Below are positions 39,613-49,976 of a stretch of DNA of 64,000 nucleotides, piece after piece. The DNA lies in IMG/VR virus record IMGVR_UViG_3300013958_000126, positions 1 to 64,000 of that record, one strand, 5' to 3'. The notes beneath the pieces were generated by a model. It had not been told where the DNA came from. It worked only from the letters and a program-made list of their open reading frames with translations, and ran no database searches. The position numbers and the translations under genes are program-made. This DNA comes from a virus. How positions within the stretch are numbered: position 1 is the stretch's first letter; the number at the start of each line of letters is the position of its first letter.

Positions 39613-40107
39613 TTACCAAATCCCCTCGAATGTAGAATTTACGACCTCTTCCGTCTGACGTTGATATTTAGCGGCTTCACTATTTTGCGCTCCTATATCA
39701 ATCTTTTCAGATTTCTCTTCGCTTTTCTTTGCATTTTTCATTCTGGTGTACATATCATTAATTCGACTGCTTACAATAGCACAAATGTAAGCCATTTTCT
39801 GATCTTCGCTGTTAAATGTTTTCCCTTTTATTGCTTTTAAAATGACATATTTGTTCGCTTTAAAAGTATTAAAAATAACATCAATAGGATATTCTCCATA
39901 CATTTCATGAGAATTATTTGCCATACTTTGTCCTTTTCTTAGCCCCTGCAATCTTAGATATGCGTTCTTATGCAAACGCTGCGTCCCAGAATACCCCATC
40001 AATTCTCTTTCAACCCAATTACACATTTGTAAGAAGTCTTCATTTTTCCAACCAGTTGTGTCCTTTTTATTTTCCTTACTCAATGTTATTCTCCTTAGAA
40101 ATCCCAA
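39613..40107 (-). CDS. Hypothetical protein
   Basis: 164-aa ORF. Confidence 0.45.
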   Translation of the reverse strand: MGFLRRITLSKENKKDTTGWKNEDFLQMCNWVERELMGYSGTQRLHKNAYLRLQGLRKGQSMANNSHEMYGEYPIDVIFNTFKANKYVILKAIKGKTFNSEDQKMAYICAIVSSRINDMYTRMKNAKKSEEKSEKIDIGAQNSEAAKYQRQTEEVVNSTFEGIW

Positions 40108-40134
40108 GGCAAAAGCCCTGGGATCAATATTTAT

Positions 40135-41283
40135 TTACGCAACAGTAAGTTCAAGAATCTTTTTTGCGTCATCAATATTTGTTACTTTCATCGGATTGTC
40201 ATAACCCATTTCTTTAGCTGCAGCTACAAGTGGTTTTAATTTTGCTGTTTTACCTTTATTAGCAATACAGAACGCCTTAATCTTTTCTGTGATTTCACTA
40301 AGTTCTTTCTGTATTTTAGCTTCTGCCTCAGCTTCCGCAATCTTTTCAGCTCTTTTTTCTGCAGCTGAATCCTGTTCTTTCTTTAATTCATCAACAGATT
40401 TACTCCCTTTAGATGCTTCGGCTTTGATAGCATCTGTAAGAGCCTTGATTAATGCATCTGAACTAAATTCAATTTCCGGAACAATGTCAGCAAATCTTGA
40501 TTTGGAATCGATAGAATAAGAATCATCACGGAATGTAATTTTACGGCTTTCGCTTGTAATTACACCTTTCATAATATCTACATCTTTTTTACCTTCCTTT
40601 TTAGTCTTGCCAGTCTTTTCCTGTACGATTTCTCTATCAATAGAAGCAACACCAAGAAAATGTAATTTTGTTTTGATTGCATTAAAATCTCTCATTGACA
40701 TATTAGTTGTTAGAGAAGTATATGTCTGTCCTGTTGTTACATCGTCTTGTGTACGCTGCTTAACGTGTCCAATAATAATGAAATGAACACCAACCGATTT
40801 CAGTTCCCATAACTTATTCAGAACAATTTCTGTTGCCTTATCCTCTCCGGCCATATAACCACCAAAAGCTGCTTTAATAGATTTCACCGGTTTCTCAGGA
40901 TTCTCCGCATTATGCATACGAATAACTTCTGGCTTTGCAATTTCTACAAGCTGATCATATGTATCAATAACAACTGTTTTCAAATCAGGATATTCTGTGG
41001 ATTTATTCTCAACGACATCATCCACAAAATCTTCAAATCCAATACTGTTTGTTTCTTCATCATAATCCATTGACCATTCCGGACAATTCAAATAGTTGAT
41101 TCCATTAATACCGTCAGCGCCATCTTCTTTACCACACTCAAGAAAACGATATCCATCTTCACCTACAAGTTTCTCGCACATCTCTTTAACAATTGTTGTT
41201 TTTCCGATACCACTTTCCCCAATAAGTCCAATATTATATGATAAAGGATCAATTTTAATTGTATTCTTTTTTCCGTATCCCAT
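40135..41283 (-). CDS. AAA_24 / Sak4-like recombination ATPase
   Basis: 382 aa; Walker A GLIGESGIGKTT, Walker B VVIDTYDQL; Lys/Glu-rich C-terminal tail. Confidence 0.6.
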   Translation of the reverse strand: MGYGKKNTIKIDPLSYNIGLIGESGIGKTTIVKEMCEKLVGEDGYRFLECGKEDGADGINGINYLNCPEWSMDYDEETNSIGFEDFVDDVVENKSTEYPDLKTVVIDTYDQLVEIAKPEVIRMHNAENPEKPVKSIKAAFGGYMAGEDKATEIVLNKLWELKSVGVHFIIIGHVKQRTQDDVTTGQTYTSLTTNMSMRDFNAIKTKLHFLGVASIDREIVQEKTGKTKKEGKKDVDIMKGVITSESRKITFRDDSYSIDSKSRFADIVPEIEFSSDALIKALTDAIKAEASKGSKSVDELKKEQDSAAEKRAEKIAEAEAEAKIQKELSEITEKIKAFCIANKGKTAKLKPLVAAAKEMGYDNPMKVTNIDDAKKILELTVA

Positions 41284-41328
41284 AGTATTTGTTTCCTTTC
41301 TGTACTTTGTATAATTTAATTATTATAG

Positions 41329-42546
41329 TTAATCATCAAGCAGCGAATCTAACATTGAATCATAATCAATTTCTTCATCCTGATCCGTTGTATCAGTTTC
41401 TGAATCTTCTTCTACTTCATCCACTTCTTCGTCATCATCTGCTTCAATCAGATAATCTAATACAAGATCATCTTCTGAATACATAGAATCAAATTTCTGA
41501 ATCTGTGGAATCTTAGATCCGTCTTCTCCAACTAACTTAATAACTGGTCTAGTAAGTAACATCCTGCGTTCTTTACTAGCATTTTCTGTACAAAGTGCTA
41601 ATGCTTCTTCCAAACTGTAAGCTCCCATTTCTACCAGTTCTTTAATATCGTCTGGTAAATCGTCTTCAGTTGTCTGGATCACTGCACCGCCTTCAACAAA
41701 TACTCCTTGACAAGTAATCAATGTCACGTTTTTCTTAACTTTGAAAAGTTTTCCTGCGCGCTCAATAGATTTTTCATCTTCCGGATCATAAACATATTCA
41801 AATGTCTTTCTCAAAGGTACAAACTTTCCGCCTTTTACGGCGCCACCTTCAGTCAAGTCATTACCATTATATTCTTTGAATTTCTCCAGAATGTATGCCG
41901 TTATCGGGAACGCACATTTATCTTTATCTGCTTTTCCGATTGAATACTTGTCAAGAAGCATCGACTGAGTAAATGCTGCTTCATAAGTATTCAATTCTTT
42001 CTCCCTTGGAAGATAAATACTGTTAATTTCTTTTCTTACTTGTACATGTTTGTCATATACAGTATATTTTAACTGCCCTCTTACCTTAATCTCCATACCA
42101 TCCTGCAATGCTTCAGACAGATATTTAATTGCATCATATGCATGTAAGAATTTATTGATAACAACTTCACCTTTTGTATCCTTCTCAATACCAATTTTGA
42201 TAAAGCAAAGCTCTCCAATATCTTTTAGAATATCCTCGTCAAATCGATCATCAAAATCAATCTGGTATCTGTTATCAAAATCATCTCCACCATTCTCATC
42301 TTTGCCATGAACATAAATCACATTGTTTCTACCAGCTCCATAACCACCCATTAATTCGCAGCCAACTTTTCCGTATTTATCACCGCAGTCAACATTCAGG
42401 TTAATAGAATTGTAAATCCAGTCGCTTTTCTTAGAATGTTCATCAATTTTGAATGTGTAATCTTTAATACATGCCTTTCCAATCAATTCAAATGTCTGAA
42501 CCCAACCTTTTTTATCTAACGGTTTTTTTTCTTTCTGTTTTGCCAT
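41329..42546 (-). CDS. Putative ssDNA-binding protein with poly-acidic C-terminal tail
   Basis: 405 aa; C-terminus DDDEEVDEVEED...DSLLDD; position within replication module. Confidence 0.3.
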   Translation of the reverse strand: MAKQKEKKPLDKKGWVQTFELIGKACIKDYTFKIDEHSKKSDWIYNSINLNVDCGDKYGKVGCELMGGYGAGRNNVIYVHGKDENGGDDFDNRYQIDFDDRFDEDILKDIGELCFIKIGIEKDTKGEVVINKFLHAYDAIKYLSEALQDGMEIKVRGQLKYTVYDKHVQVRKEINSIYLPREKELNTYEAAFTQSMLLDKYSIGKADKDKCAFPITAYILEKFKEYNGNDLTEGGAVKGGKFVPLRKTFEYVYDPEDEKSIERAGKLFKVKKNVTLITCQGVFVEGGAVIQTTEDDLPDDIKELVEMGAYSLEEALALCTENASKERRMLLTRPVIKLVGEDGSKIPQIQKFDSMYSEDDLVLDYLIEADDDEEVDEVEEDSETDTTDQDEEIDYDSMLDSLLDD

Positions 42547-42565
42547 TATTTATTATTCTCCTATT

Positions 42566-42781
42566 CTATACCATGTCATAATCATAATATTTTCTATCAT
42601 TGTTTAATTTCATCGAGTCATCTTCAAAATATCGAATCACATTTAATCGCCCACAATGTTTGCATTTCACAAGCTTGGTTGAATATCCATATCCATTCTC
42701 ATCAAAGATGGCGTCTGTTTGTTTGTATGCAAATCTTTTTTTACAAGAAGTACATAATCTACTAAATGCTGTTGCCACCAT
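42566..42781 (-). CDS. Zinc-ribbon protein
   Basis: 71 aa; CxxC ... CxxC. Confidence 0.4.
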   Translation of the reverse strand: MVATAFSRLCTSCKKRFAYKQTDAIFDENGYGYSTKLVKCKHCGRLNVIRYFEDDSMKLNNDRKYYDYDMV

Positions 42782-42799
42782 TCGTGTCCTCCTTTCGCC

Positions 42800-43720
42800 T
42801 TACTTTGCTCCAGTCGGACCGAGAATAATCTCTCGTGCGTAATTCATCGAAATAACGGAACAGAATTTTCCAAAATATTGTCCTGCTGCTCGAACTACTT
42901 CCGGTTCTTCTTTTACACAATCTGTATAAATTCTGTTTGGAAGATTCCTTGCAACAGTTTTCATATCCTGTTCACACCACTCTGTTGGGATGATTCCTTC
43001 ATCACGCATTTTATATAACTCTTTTTCAACTCTACGCCGCGTCACGACAGATTTTACAAGTTCCTGTGCTTCTGTTCGTTCTTGCAACTTTTGTGGATCT
43101 TGAATCTTTTTAACATGATTCATTTTTGCGACTTCATGAAATTTATCTCCAACGATTTTCACTACAAATGGTAATCTGCTATTCGGATCGTTTAATCTTG
43201 TTTGGTTCTTTATAACAATACCTTCTTGAATTTCTCCATATCCCGGATGATCCATAAAACTTTGTACATGTTCCCAACTGACAAACGGTCCAACATAAAA
43301 TGTATTGATATATGTAAGTCCATGCGTTTCTGCAAATGCCTTTACTTCTGACTGAGGAAGATATTTTTCTTCCCTTACATCATAAATATCAAATACGTAC
43401 CATTTCTTAGTATTTTCTGGATAATAAATAATCGCATTTCTTGCTCCAGACCATTCTCCAAATATTACATAGTCCGGAACATCTTTATAATCTTCAGGAT
43501 TTAACTCCTGCACATAATTATAAAAACCATTTAATGTATTGTTCTGATCCAACGTATGTCTTCTGGAAAAAGCTACCATTTTGCCAGTCTCTGCATCATA
43601 TCTAGCTGCTGCATTGGATCCGTCGAATTTTTCCTGGATAACAATTAAGTCACCCGGTACAAATCCATCTGCATATCCTTCTTTCAGACGTTGAATATCC
43701 ATAAATTTCTTCTGCTCCAT
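42800..43720 (-). CDS. ATP-dependent RNA/DNA ligase-family nucleotidyltransferase (Rnl2-like)
   Basis: 306 aa; motif I EKFDGSN (KxDG adenylation lysine), motif IV EGIVIK. Confidence 0.55.
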   Translation of the reverse strand: MEQKKFMDIQRLKEGYADGFVPGDLIVIQEKFDGSNAAARYDAETGKMVAFSRRHTLDQNNTLNGFYNYVQELNPEDYKDVPDYVIFGEWSGARNAIIYYPENTKKWYVFDIYDVREEKYLPQSEVKAFAETHGLTYINTFYVGPFVSWEHVQSFMDHPGYGEIQEGIVIKNQTRLNDPNSRLPFVVKIVGDKFHEVAKMNHVKKIQDPQKLQERTEAQELVKSVVTRRRVEKELYKMRDEGIIPTEWCEQDMKTVARNLPNRIYTDCVKEEPEVVRAAGQYFGKFCSVISMNYAREIILGPTGAK

Positions 43721-43841
43721 TATTTCACCTCGCTTTCCGAAGTGGAATAACTTTGCAGTTTATTGTCACACTGACATCTATGCACTGATCTTTTAAGATA
43801 GTGCTTCAAATATTATTTCCTATTCCTCATTTATACGTGCC

Positions 43842-43857
43842 TGTATAATTAAATTTT
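43842..43857 (-). promoter_or_regulatory. Instance of recurrent AT-rich motif (TGTATAATTAAATTTT on + strand)
   Basis: Immediately 3' of stop of 43859-44227. Confidence 0.4.
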
Positions 43858-43858
43858 A

Positions 43859-44227
43859 TTACTTTACAATTTTTACTTTGCAGCCAAACTTTTCTTCAAC
43901 TTCAGCCATAGTTACTTCCTTAATTAACTCTTCATAGATGCATTCAAATCCATGACATTCTGCTGCATTATATTCTGTAATTGCTTTATCACCAAGATAA
44001 TGTTTGTCTTTCGTTCTCCATACCTTAATAATACGATTACCTAAATCATATTTAAATGTAAGATCTTCGTTAATCATAGAAAAAGATCTAAATCTGTTAA
44101 TAACCTGTCCTTTATTATTACTGTACCATTTGATTTGATCATCTCCATTAGTTCCGATTAGCACAATACCGTAGCTTCCCTTTGTAGAAAGAACGATATC
44201 ACCCGTACATAAATCATATTTTGTCAT
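43859..44227 (-). CDS. Hypothetical protein
   Basis: 122-aa ORF. Confidence 0.45.
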   Translation of the reverse strand: MTKYDLCTGDIVLSTKGSYGIVLIGTNGDDQIKWYSNNKGQVINRFRSFSMINEDLTFKYDLGNRIIKVWRTKDKHYLGDKAITEYNAAECHGFECIYEELIKEVTMAEVEEKFGCKVKIVK

Positions 44228-44304
44228 GTTTACTGCCTCCTTAAATATACATTTCAGTGGTTACTATTTTCTTCTGTAATGATCCGCGCGACATCATTAC
44301 AAAT

Positions 44305-44377
44305 GTGATAAGAGTGGACTCGAACCACCGACCTCACTTTTGTAGTGCGCTCTTTCTCCCAACTGAGCTACTTATCA
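44305..44377 (-). tRNA. tRNA-like gene with canonical acceptor, D and T arms but non-canonical anticodon arm
   Basis: Acceptor TGATAAG/CTTATCA, D-arm GCTCAGTTGGGAG, T-arm GGTGGTTCGAGTCCACT; anticodon arm CGCAC-TACAAAA-GTGAG has a G.A mismatch and A33 (possible anticodon CAA). Confidence 0.45.
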
Positions 44378-44582
44378 CTTTTCATGCATGACCTGTCGTG
44401 CTGCAGTCACAACAGGATTATGTGTTCTTTGATCCGCTCAATTCCCTACATTTTCTCTAAAGCTGGATATTTTTACTTATAAAACATCTCAAAAAAACAC
44501 CAGTTTCACGCCATAACTAGAAACGGCTTATTTCTTATTGGAACTCTACAGCCTATAAAAGTCACTCCTTCATCAGGAGAAA

Positions 44583-44656
44583 TGGAAACTCTGGGACTCG
44601 AACCCAGGACCGACCGGTTATGAGCCGGTTGCTCTAACCAACTGAGCTAAGTTTCC
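44583..44656 (-). tRNA. tRNA-Met (anticodon CAT; could be initiator, elongator or Ile2)
   Basis: Acceptor GGAAACT/AGTTTCC, anticodon stem-loop CCGG-CTCATAA-CCGG, T-loop GGTTCGAGTCC. Confidence 0.75.
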
Positions 44657-45091
44657 TTTGTAGTGGGCGTTATAATTACACCCACAATATAGAAATGTAA
44701 CAATATCTGTAAAAAACTTATCTATGCAATCGCATCAGCTACACGAACAGTCGTCACCATTCCGTTGCCCCATCACTCACCTCTACCTCGCTGACTCAAT
44801 TACTTTTTTGCTTCATAACTAATTACACATCTGCTACCAGATCATCCTCCAACGCCCACTCACAACCTCATTAGCACAAAGCACATCTATATAAATGTTT
44901 CCTTTCAATGCGTCCAAACCATACAACCAACACATTCGCAGCTTCCTCATCACTGGGTTCCAGTATTCCACCAACTTTTCAATCTTCTTTAATGTCCTAT
45001 AGACGCTATATAATATACAGGTTAACCTCTCGGACTTATTTCTCCTCATTACTATTTAGGCCATCAAGTAAATCCGTAAGAATAGTCCGAA

Positions 45092-45171
45092 TACGGATAG
45101 TGGGATTCGAACCCACACGATTTCTCCGAAGGGTTTGAGCCTTCTACGTCTGCCAGTTCCGTCATATCCGC
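45092..45171 (-). tRNA. tRNA-Leu (anticodon CAA), type II with long variable arm
   Basis: Anticodon stem-loop GAAGG-CTCAAAC-CCTTC, variable arm GGAGAAATCGTGT, T-loop GGTTCGAATCC. Confidence 0.65.
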
Positions 45172-45324
45172 TTGTTGTATAAGGTTACTACCGGCTTACC
45201 CTTATACAGTTTATTTATACTCGTAAGACCTGCTTCAAACGAGTTATAAGAGGTAAAAAGTAAAATGAAAGCCACATGCTTATAACCGAACTTCCACATA
45301 TCTAAAGTTTTTATTCATCGGAAT

Positions 45325-45340
45325 GTTTAATTAAATTTTT
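45325..45340 (-). promoter_or_regulatory. Instance of recurrent AT-rich motif, between tRNA-Leu and AAA ATPase gene
   Basis: GTTTAATTAAATTTTT. Confidence 0.4.
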
Positions 45341-46457
45341 ATACAGAAAGATTATAATGAAGTCCCTTTTCTTCTTTTCTTGCAAAAACGATACGATCAA
45401 TTTTAATATTTTCGTATTTTTTCTTTTCTTCTTTTGTAAGATCCGCATAGTCTTCATCCGGAATAATTTCAACATCTTTTCCATCAACAAAATCAATGTG
45501 TCTGTCAAAATCATATCTTACATCAACACCAGAAAATTTTGTATAGAACCATTTTCCATCTATCGTAAAATATAAACTATGATTAGCAGTCTTATCAAAT
45601 AAATCAAGGCTCTTTTCTTCTGTATCCTTTTTACCATCTTTAGTATACAAAGTAGCTATATAAACAGTATTATTTATATGAAGGATATTCATATCTTTAA
45701 TTGCTTCTTGAAATTGTAAGCCTGTATTAAGTTCAAATGCAATAGCTCTTAAACAATCATAATTCAAGCTGACTCTTTTAGAGAATGCAATTACCTTACT
45801 AATTTCGCCATAGTATTCTTCGTGTAACTTGTCTCTCATATATTCTGTAATTTCAGAATCTGTCGGATAATCAAATCTAAAATGATAATGAAATCTTCCA
45901 GGTCTATTTACCAAATAATCACTCAGAGTATTAAGATTATTACAAGTAATAACATATAACTTTTTCCCTTGAGCTAATCCATCAAATAATGTAAGCAGCT
46001 CTGTTTGCGGATTAGCCATACCATCAGCAGCTTTAATATTACCAAATGTTTTATCAAACTCATCAAACATTACTAATACTTCCTGTTCAATTTCTTCAAT
46101 AAAATTAGCAATTCCAGGGATATATGTATCAACAATAATTACTGGCAATCCTTTTTTTACAGCTTCTACAGCAAGAATCTTAGAAAATAAAGATTTGCCA
46201 ATTCCTTTGGCTCCAGATAAGATCACGCCAAGATTTTTATTGAAATTTGGAAAAGCATTTAATACTTTATTTACTTTTTCCATGTGCACACCGTATATTT
46301 TATCTTCATTGATCTCAATATCAGCATGTTTCTCTAAATAAAATCCTGTCATCTGTGAACATCTGATAGAATAAATTTGTGCCGGAAGTTGATTATGTGT
46401 TACAAGATCATCTCCGTAGATTCTAAAAGTGGAACCTGTACTAATAATTTTACTCAT
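45339..46457 (-). CDS. AAA+ ATPase
   Basis: 372 aa; Walker A SGAKGIGKS, Walker B LVMFDEFDK; flanked by tRNA genes. Confidence 0.6.
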   Translation of the reverse strand: MSKIISTGSTFRIYGDDLVTHNQLPAQIYSIRCSQMTGFYLEKHADIEINEDKIYGVHMEKVNKVLNAFPNFNKNLGVILSGAKGIGKSLFSKILAVEAVKKGLPVIIVDTYIPGIANFIEEIEQEVLVMFDEFDKTFGNIKAADGMANPQTELLTLFDGLAQGKKLYVITCNNLNTLSDYLVNRPGRFHYHFRFDYPTDSEITEYMRDKLHEEYYGEISKVIAFSKRVSLNYDCLRAIAFELNTGLQFQEAIKDMNILHINNTVYIATLYTKDGKKDTEEKSLDLFDKTANHSLYFTIDGKWFYTKFSGVDVRYDFDRHIDFVDGKDVEIIPDEDYADLTKEEKKKYENIKIDRIVFARKEEKGLHYNLSV

Positions 46458-46535
46458 TTTTATCTCCTTTTTGTATAATTAAATTATATTTCTCTGCAAT
46501 TCGGCTGGAGTATATTTGTATAAAATACTTGCCAA

Positions 46536-46620
46536 ACGGCGGTAGTGGGATTCGAACCCACACGAGCTACTGCTCAATAGAGTCAAAGTCTATTATGTCT
46601 AGCCAATTTCATCATACCGC
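46536..46620 (-). tRNA. Type II tRNA (long variable arm) with apparent anticodon UUG
   Basis: Anticodon stem-loop ATAGA-CTTTGAC-TCTAT, variable arm TGAGCAGTAGCTCGT, T-arm GTGGGTTCGAATCCCAC, acceptor GCGGTAT/TACCGC; identity ambiguous (Gln anticodon on Leu/Ser-type body). Confidence 0.55.
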
Positions 46621-46753
46621 TACATTCATTGTTTGTATAATTAAATTTCTTTCTTCTTTTTATTTAGCACAGGGAGCTTTCACTCCTCTGTGCTGTTGTC
46701 ATCCTTGACTATGTATTTAGTATAGCATATCAAGTTTCGTTTGTCAATATGCA

Positions 46754-46773
46754 AAGTTAATTTAATTTGTTTT
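46754..46773 (-). promoter_or_regulatory. Instance of long variant AAGTTAATTTAATTTGTTTT
   Basis: Exact copy of 29211-29230. Confidence 0.4.
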
Positions 46774-47283
46774 GTTGATTTTGCTTATATAATATGAATT
46801 TGCACGTTTCTCAATCAATTTCGCAATCAATCTTCGCTCTGCCAGTTCCCTACCAAACTTATAATCAAATTGATCTCCTGCTTCAATATTACAAGAAGCC
46901 ATAGCTTTTACACCGTCGAATTCTACCTGTACTCTCTTACCATTAGTTCTAACCTTATATGCTAATAACTTTTCTCTACAAGAAAATGGATCCATAAAAA
47001 AAGTGTAACCTTCTTTCCAGTCTCCCCATTTGTACTTAGGTTTTATTTCTTTATCTAATTTATTAACATGTTCTTGTGTAACAAGAACCGGCACATTGTT
47101 TGTAATGTTATTCTCTTTGCATAATGACTTATATTTTTCTGCTCCAAGATTAACATCAATTGATTTATATGTACCATCTTTAAGTTTTAAAACTATTAAT
47201 AATGTCCCATCTGGACAAAAAATCCCAATATTAATACTGTCTACTTCGTATTTATATTCTTCTCCAAATAATGTAAATCCCAT
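46762..47283 (-). CDS. Hypothetical protein
   Basis: 173-aa ORF. Confidence 0.45.
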   Translation of the reverse strand: MGFTLFGEEYKYEVDSINIGIFCPDGTLLIVLKLKDGTYKSIDVNLGAEKYKSLCKENNITNNVPVLVTQEHVNKLDKEIKPKYKWGDWKEGYTFFMDPFSCREKLLAYKVRTNGKRVQVEFDGVKAMASCNIEAGDQFDYKFGRELAERRLIAKLIEKRANSYYISKINKTN

Positions 47284-47397
47284 AATTTTTCTCCTTTATT
47301 TCTTTAATTTAATTTTTGCAACCAGAATACCTGCCAGAAAAGCAATGACAAGGCATACAACAAATGTTTCTATATTTAAAGCAACCATAATTACTCC

Positions 47398-48744
47398 TTA
47401 CTCAATGATCTTAAATGATACATCAGTACGTCTATTCATTGCGCGATGTTCATCAGTATCATTATCAACAACAGGATTGCTGGATCCATTTCCAACTACT
47501 ACAATACGTCCGTTAGAAATTCCATTCATAACAAAATAGTTTTTAACAGCTTCTGCTCTTTGTAAAGACAACTTCTGATTATACTCGTCTTCAGGATCTG
47601 ATTCCGGATTAGGGTCTGTATTTCCTGCAATTTCAATTATTGCACCGTCAAGTACCTTTGCAATGTCAATAAACTTATTAAGTTCTTTAGATGCTGCAGC
47701 AGAATCAGAGAATTTTGCCGTATTCTGAATAAATGTAACAGATGCTTTACCCTGTAATAAAGCTTCAGTATCCTGAATTTCCTTTTTATTATCCTCTGTA
47801 ACCTTTACAGTATTTGTATTAGACACTTCCGTTGCACTAAATTTATCTGAAATAGCATTAATATATGTATCATCAAAAATACTATTAACAAGATCAGCAT
47901 TTACAGACTCACCAATTGATGTCCATACGTTACACATATCTGAATAAATTGTCTTTGCAGTTCCATTTAACAGATCTAAATTATCTTTCCATGTTGTCAG
48001 TTTTGCAGACTCCGTATTTGCTACAATATCTTCATCTGATGCAGTATTAAACATAGGCATTACTTCACGAATTGCATTAAATTCTGTATTATACATATCT
48101 GCAGCTTCCAGAGATCCCTGGATAAATTTCTCCACTACATCTGCATGTGCTTCTGCAAATTTCTTATCAAACAGAATTCCATCCATAACAAGATTTGAAG
48201 AACTTGCAGTGCTAAATAATACATGTGCGTCTGTCATATTCTTTGCCTGAGTCAGGTATGGTTCCCAGGTTGCTGCAACATCAATCTGACCGGCAAAAAA
48301 TGCTTTTGCTGCATCATCTGGTGTTGAAAATAATACAAGATTATCAATAATTTTCGCTTTCTTCTTGGCTGAAAGATCAGAATTATTTACAAACCATACT
48401 ACAAGTGTTTGAGCTTCAGAAAATTCTGGTACACCAATTTTAGCATTTACAAGATCATTTACATTCTGAATAGAAGACTTCGCAATAATACCGTCGCCAC
48501 CATTTGAGTAATTTGTAATATACGGCATCACCACTTCTTTTCCAGCATCAGTGAATTTCTTAGATAAGAATGCAGTTCTGTTAATTGTATAACCTGCAGC
48601 GTTCAGATCTCCTTTAATCAGAGCATTACTTGATTGTGTTGCGTCGTTAATAACATTAATATTTACTTTTACGCCAAGTTTATCATAGATGGAACCTGAC
48701 TGAGTTGTTAAGCCGCCATTAGCGTCAATAATGGATTTCCACAT
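47398..48744 (-). CDS. Substrate-binding protein (NMT1/SsuA/TauA family) fused to C-terminal OmpA-like peptidoglycan-binding domain; lacks signal peptide
   Basis: 448 aa; SBP fold over ~340 aa, then OmpA-C block LSLQRAEAVKNYF...NRRTDVSF. Confidence 0.55.
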   Translation of the reverse strand: MWKSIIDANGGLTTQSGSIYDKLGVKVNINVINDATQSSNALIKGDLNAAGYTINRTAFLSKKFTDAGKEVVMPYITNYSNGGDGIIAKSSIQNVNDLVNAKIGVPEFSEAQTLVVWFVNNSDLSAKKKAKIIDNLVLFSTPDDAAKAFFAGQIDVAATWEPYLTQAKNMTDAHVLFSTASSSNLVMDGILFDKKFAEAHADVVEKFIQGSLEAADMYNTEFNAIREVMPMFNTASDEDIVANTESAKLTTWKDNLDLLNGTAKTIYSDMCNVWTSIGESVNADLVNSIFDDTYINAISDKFSATEVSNTNTVKVTEDNKKEIQDTEALLQGKASVTFIQNTAKFSDSAAASKELNKFIDIAKVLDGAIIEIAGNTDPNPESDPEDEYNQKLSLQRAEAVKNYFVMNGISNGRIVVVGNGSSNPVVDNDTDEHRAMNRRTDVSFKIIE

Positions 48745-48746
48745 TA

Positions 48747-49595
48747 CTATTGATTCAGTTCGTTACGCTGAACTGTTGATTTCCGTATAGGATATTTTAT
48801 ATTTGGATTATGCCAACTGCCACCATTATTAATTCTATAAATCTGAGTAACAGCTCGACCATATAATTTAGCAATATACTTCATAGGAATGCTAGGATCT
48901 TCTAACAATTTAATAATTTCTTCTAATTCATCATGAGTTAATCCTAATTCTCTGATAGGATATTCATCGTTTTCATCATAATATGTAACACCTTTATTAA
49001 TGTTTAAAATTACATATCTTTCTACTTTAAACATTCTAGCAATATAGTCTATACTATAAAAGCCATCTCGTAACATTTTTTTGATTAATTTAATTTTTTC
49101 ATGATTTATAGATGGACATATTAAAGGTTCTCTGATAGGATAAGTGATATCATTTTTTCTCCAAGCTATTCCGGTATTAACATTTCGAATAGTTTTTATT
49201 GATACATTATACTTTTCGGCAAGCTTATCAAATTCAACGTTCGTTTCTTTTAAATCTTTCATCAATAAATCAACCTGCTGTTGTGTTAACTTACTTTGCG
49301 GATTATTTTCTCCAGAACTATCTTGCCCACCATTTTGAATATTATATCCGAACTCTTTCTCATTACTGCGATATAATTTAATATATTCCTTTTCTTTTGT
49401 ATTATAATCTTCTCCGAAATATAATGTTTCTACCGAAAAATTTTCCCATCCATATTTATGTATTGCATTATAGATAGGATGATTCATGCGTTTATCATGC
49501 CGATGCTCTTTAATACATCTTTCTAAATTATTAGTTTGTCCTATATAAATCTTATGATTTATGTTATTCTCTATTTTGTATACATATTTCTCCAA
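48747..49595 (-). CDS. GIY-YIG homing endonuclease
   Basis: 282 aa; N-terminal YVYKIENNINHKIYIGQT (GIY...YIG), C-terminal repeated NUMOD-like DNA-binding modules (YPIREL repeats). Confidence 0.8.
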   Translation of the reverse strand: MEKYVYKIENNINHKIYIGQTNNLERCIKEHRHDKRMNHPIYNAIHKYGWENFSVETLYFGEDYNTKEKEYIKLYRSNEKEFGYNIQNGGQDSSGENNPQSKLTQQQVDLLMKDLKETNVEFDKLAEKYNVSIKTIRNVNTGIAWRKNDITYPIREPLICPSINHEKIKLIKKMLRDGFYSIDYIARMFKVERYVILNINKGVTYYDENDEYPIRELGLTHDELEEIIKLLEDPSIPMKYIAKLYGRAVTQIYRINNGGSWHNPNIKYPIRKSTVQRNELNQ

Positions 49596-49976
49596 TTCTT
49601 TATATTCTCCTTACACGTTACAACACTATATTTTTCAATATAGATTAGAGTACATCACCATCTTTTATAAGATGCGCCTCCACTGGCTTTAACGAATTTA
49701 AAAGCTCTTACTCGTTGAACCTTATCCTGTTCGGATTTTGGAAGCTGATTCCCCATTCTTACAGCACTTAGCACCTTCTCATATTTCAATGAAAAAGCTT
49801 TTATTTCAGCTTATGCCATCTTACTAATTTTTTCTGCTTTCGCCACATTCACACTTATGCGTATTTCATCATTATGTTGTAGTTTAGTAAGCTTTAGGGT
49901 GGCTACGTGTATAGCCTTAATTCCAGCAATTCAAAGGCGTTCGATCACATTGTCACCAATGTAAAAGGGCTAGAAA

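Noticed and set aside
43842-43857. Reading TGTATAAT within the recurrent motif as an extended -10 promoter on the plus strand
   Set aside because: Would drive antisense transcription across a uniformly minus-strand genome; the motif's consistent orientation relative to minus-strand genes argues it functions on the minus strand
44834-45049. 71-aa Arg-rich ORF in the spacer between tRNA-Met and tRNA-Leu
   Set aside because: Compositionally odd (C-rich strand), no SD, no motif; region more likely non-coding RNA or spacer
46668-46700. Imperfect hairpin AGCACAGGGAG-CTTTCA-CTCCTCTGTGCT upstream of the last tRNA
   Set aside because: Not followed by a U-run on either strand; could be a processing site but evidence is too thin to call a terminator
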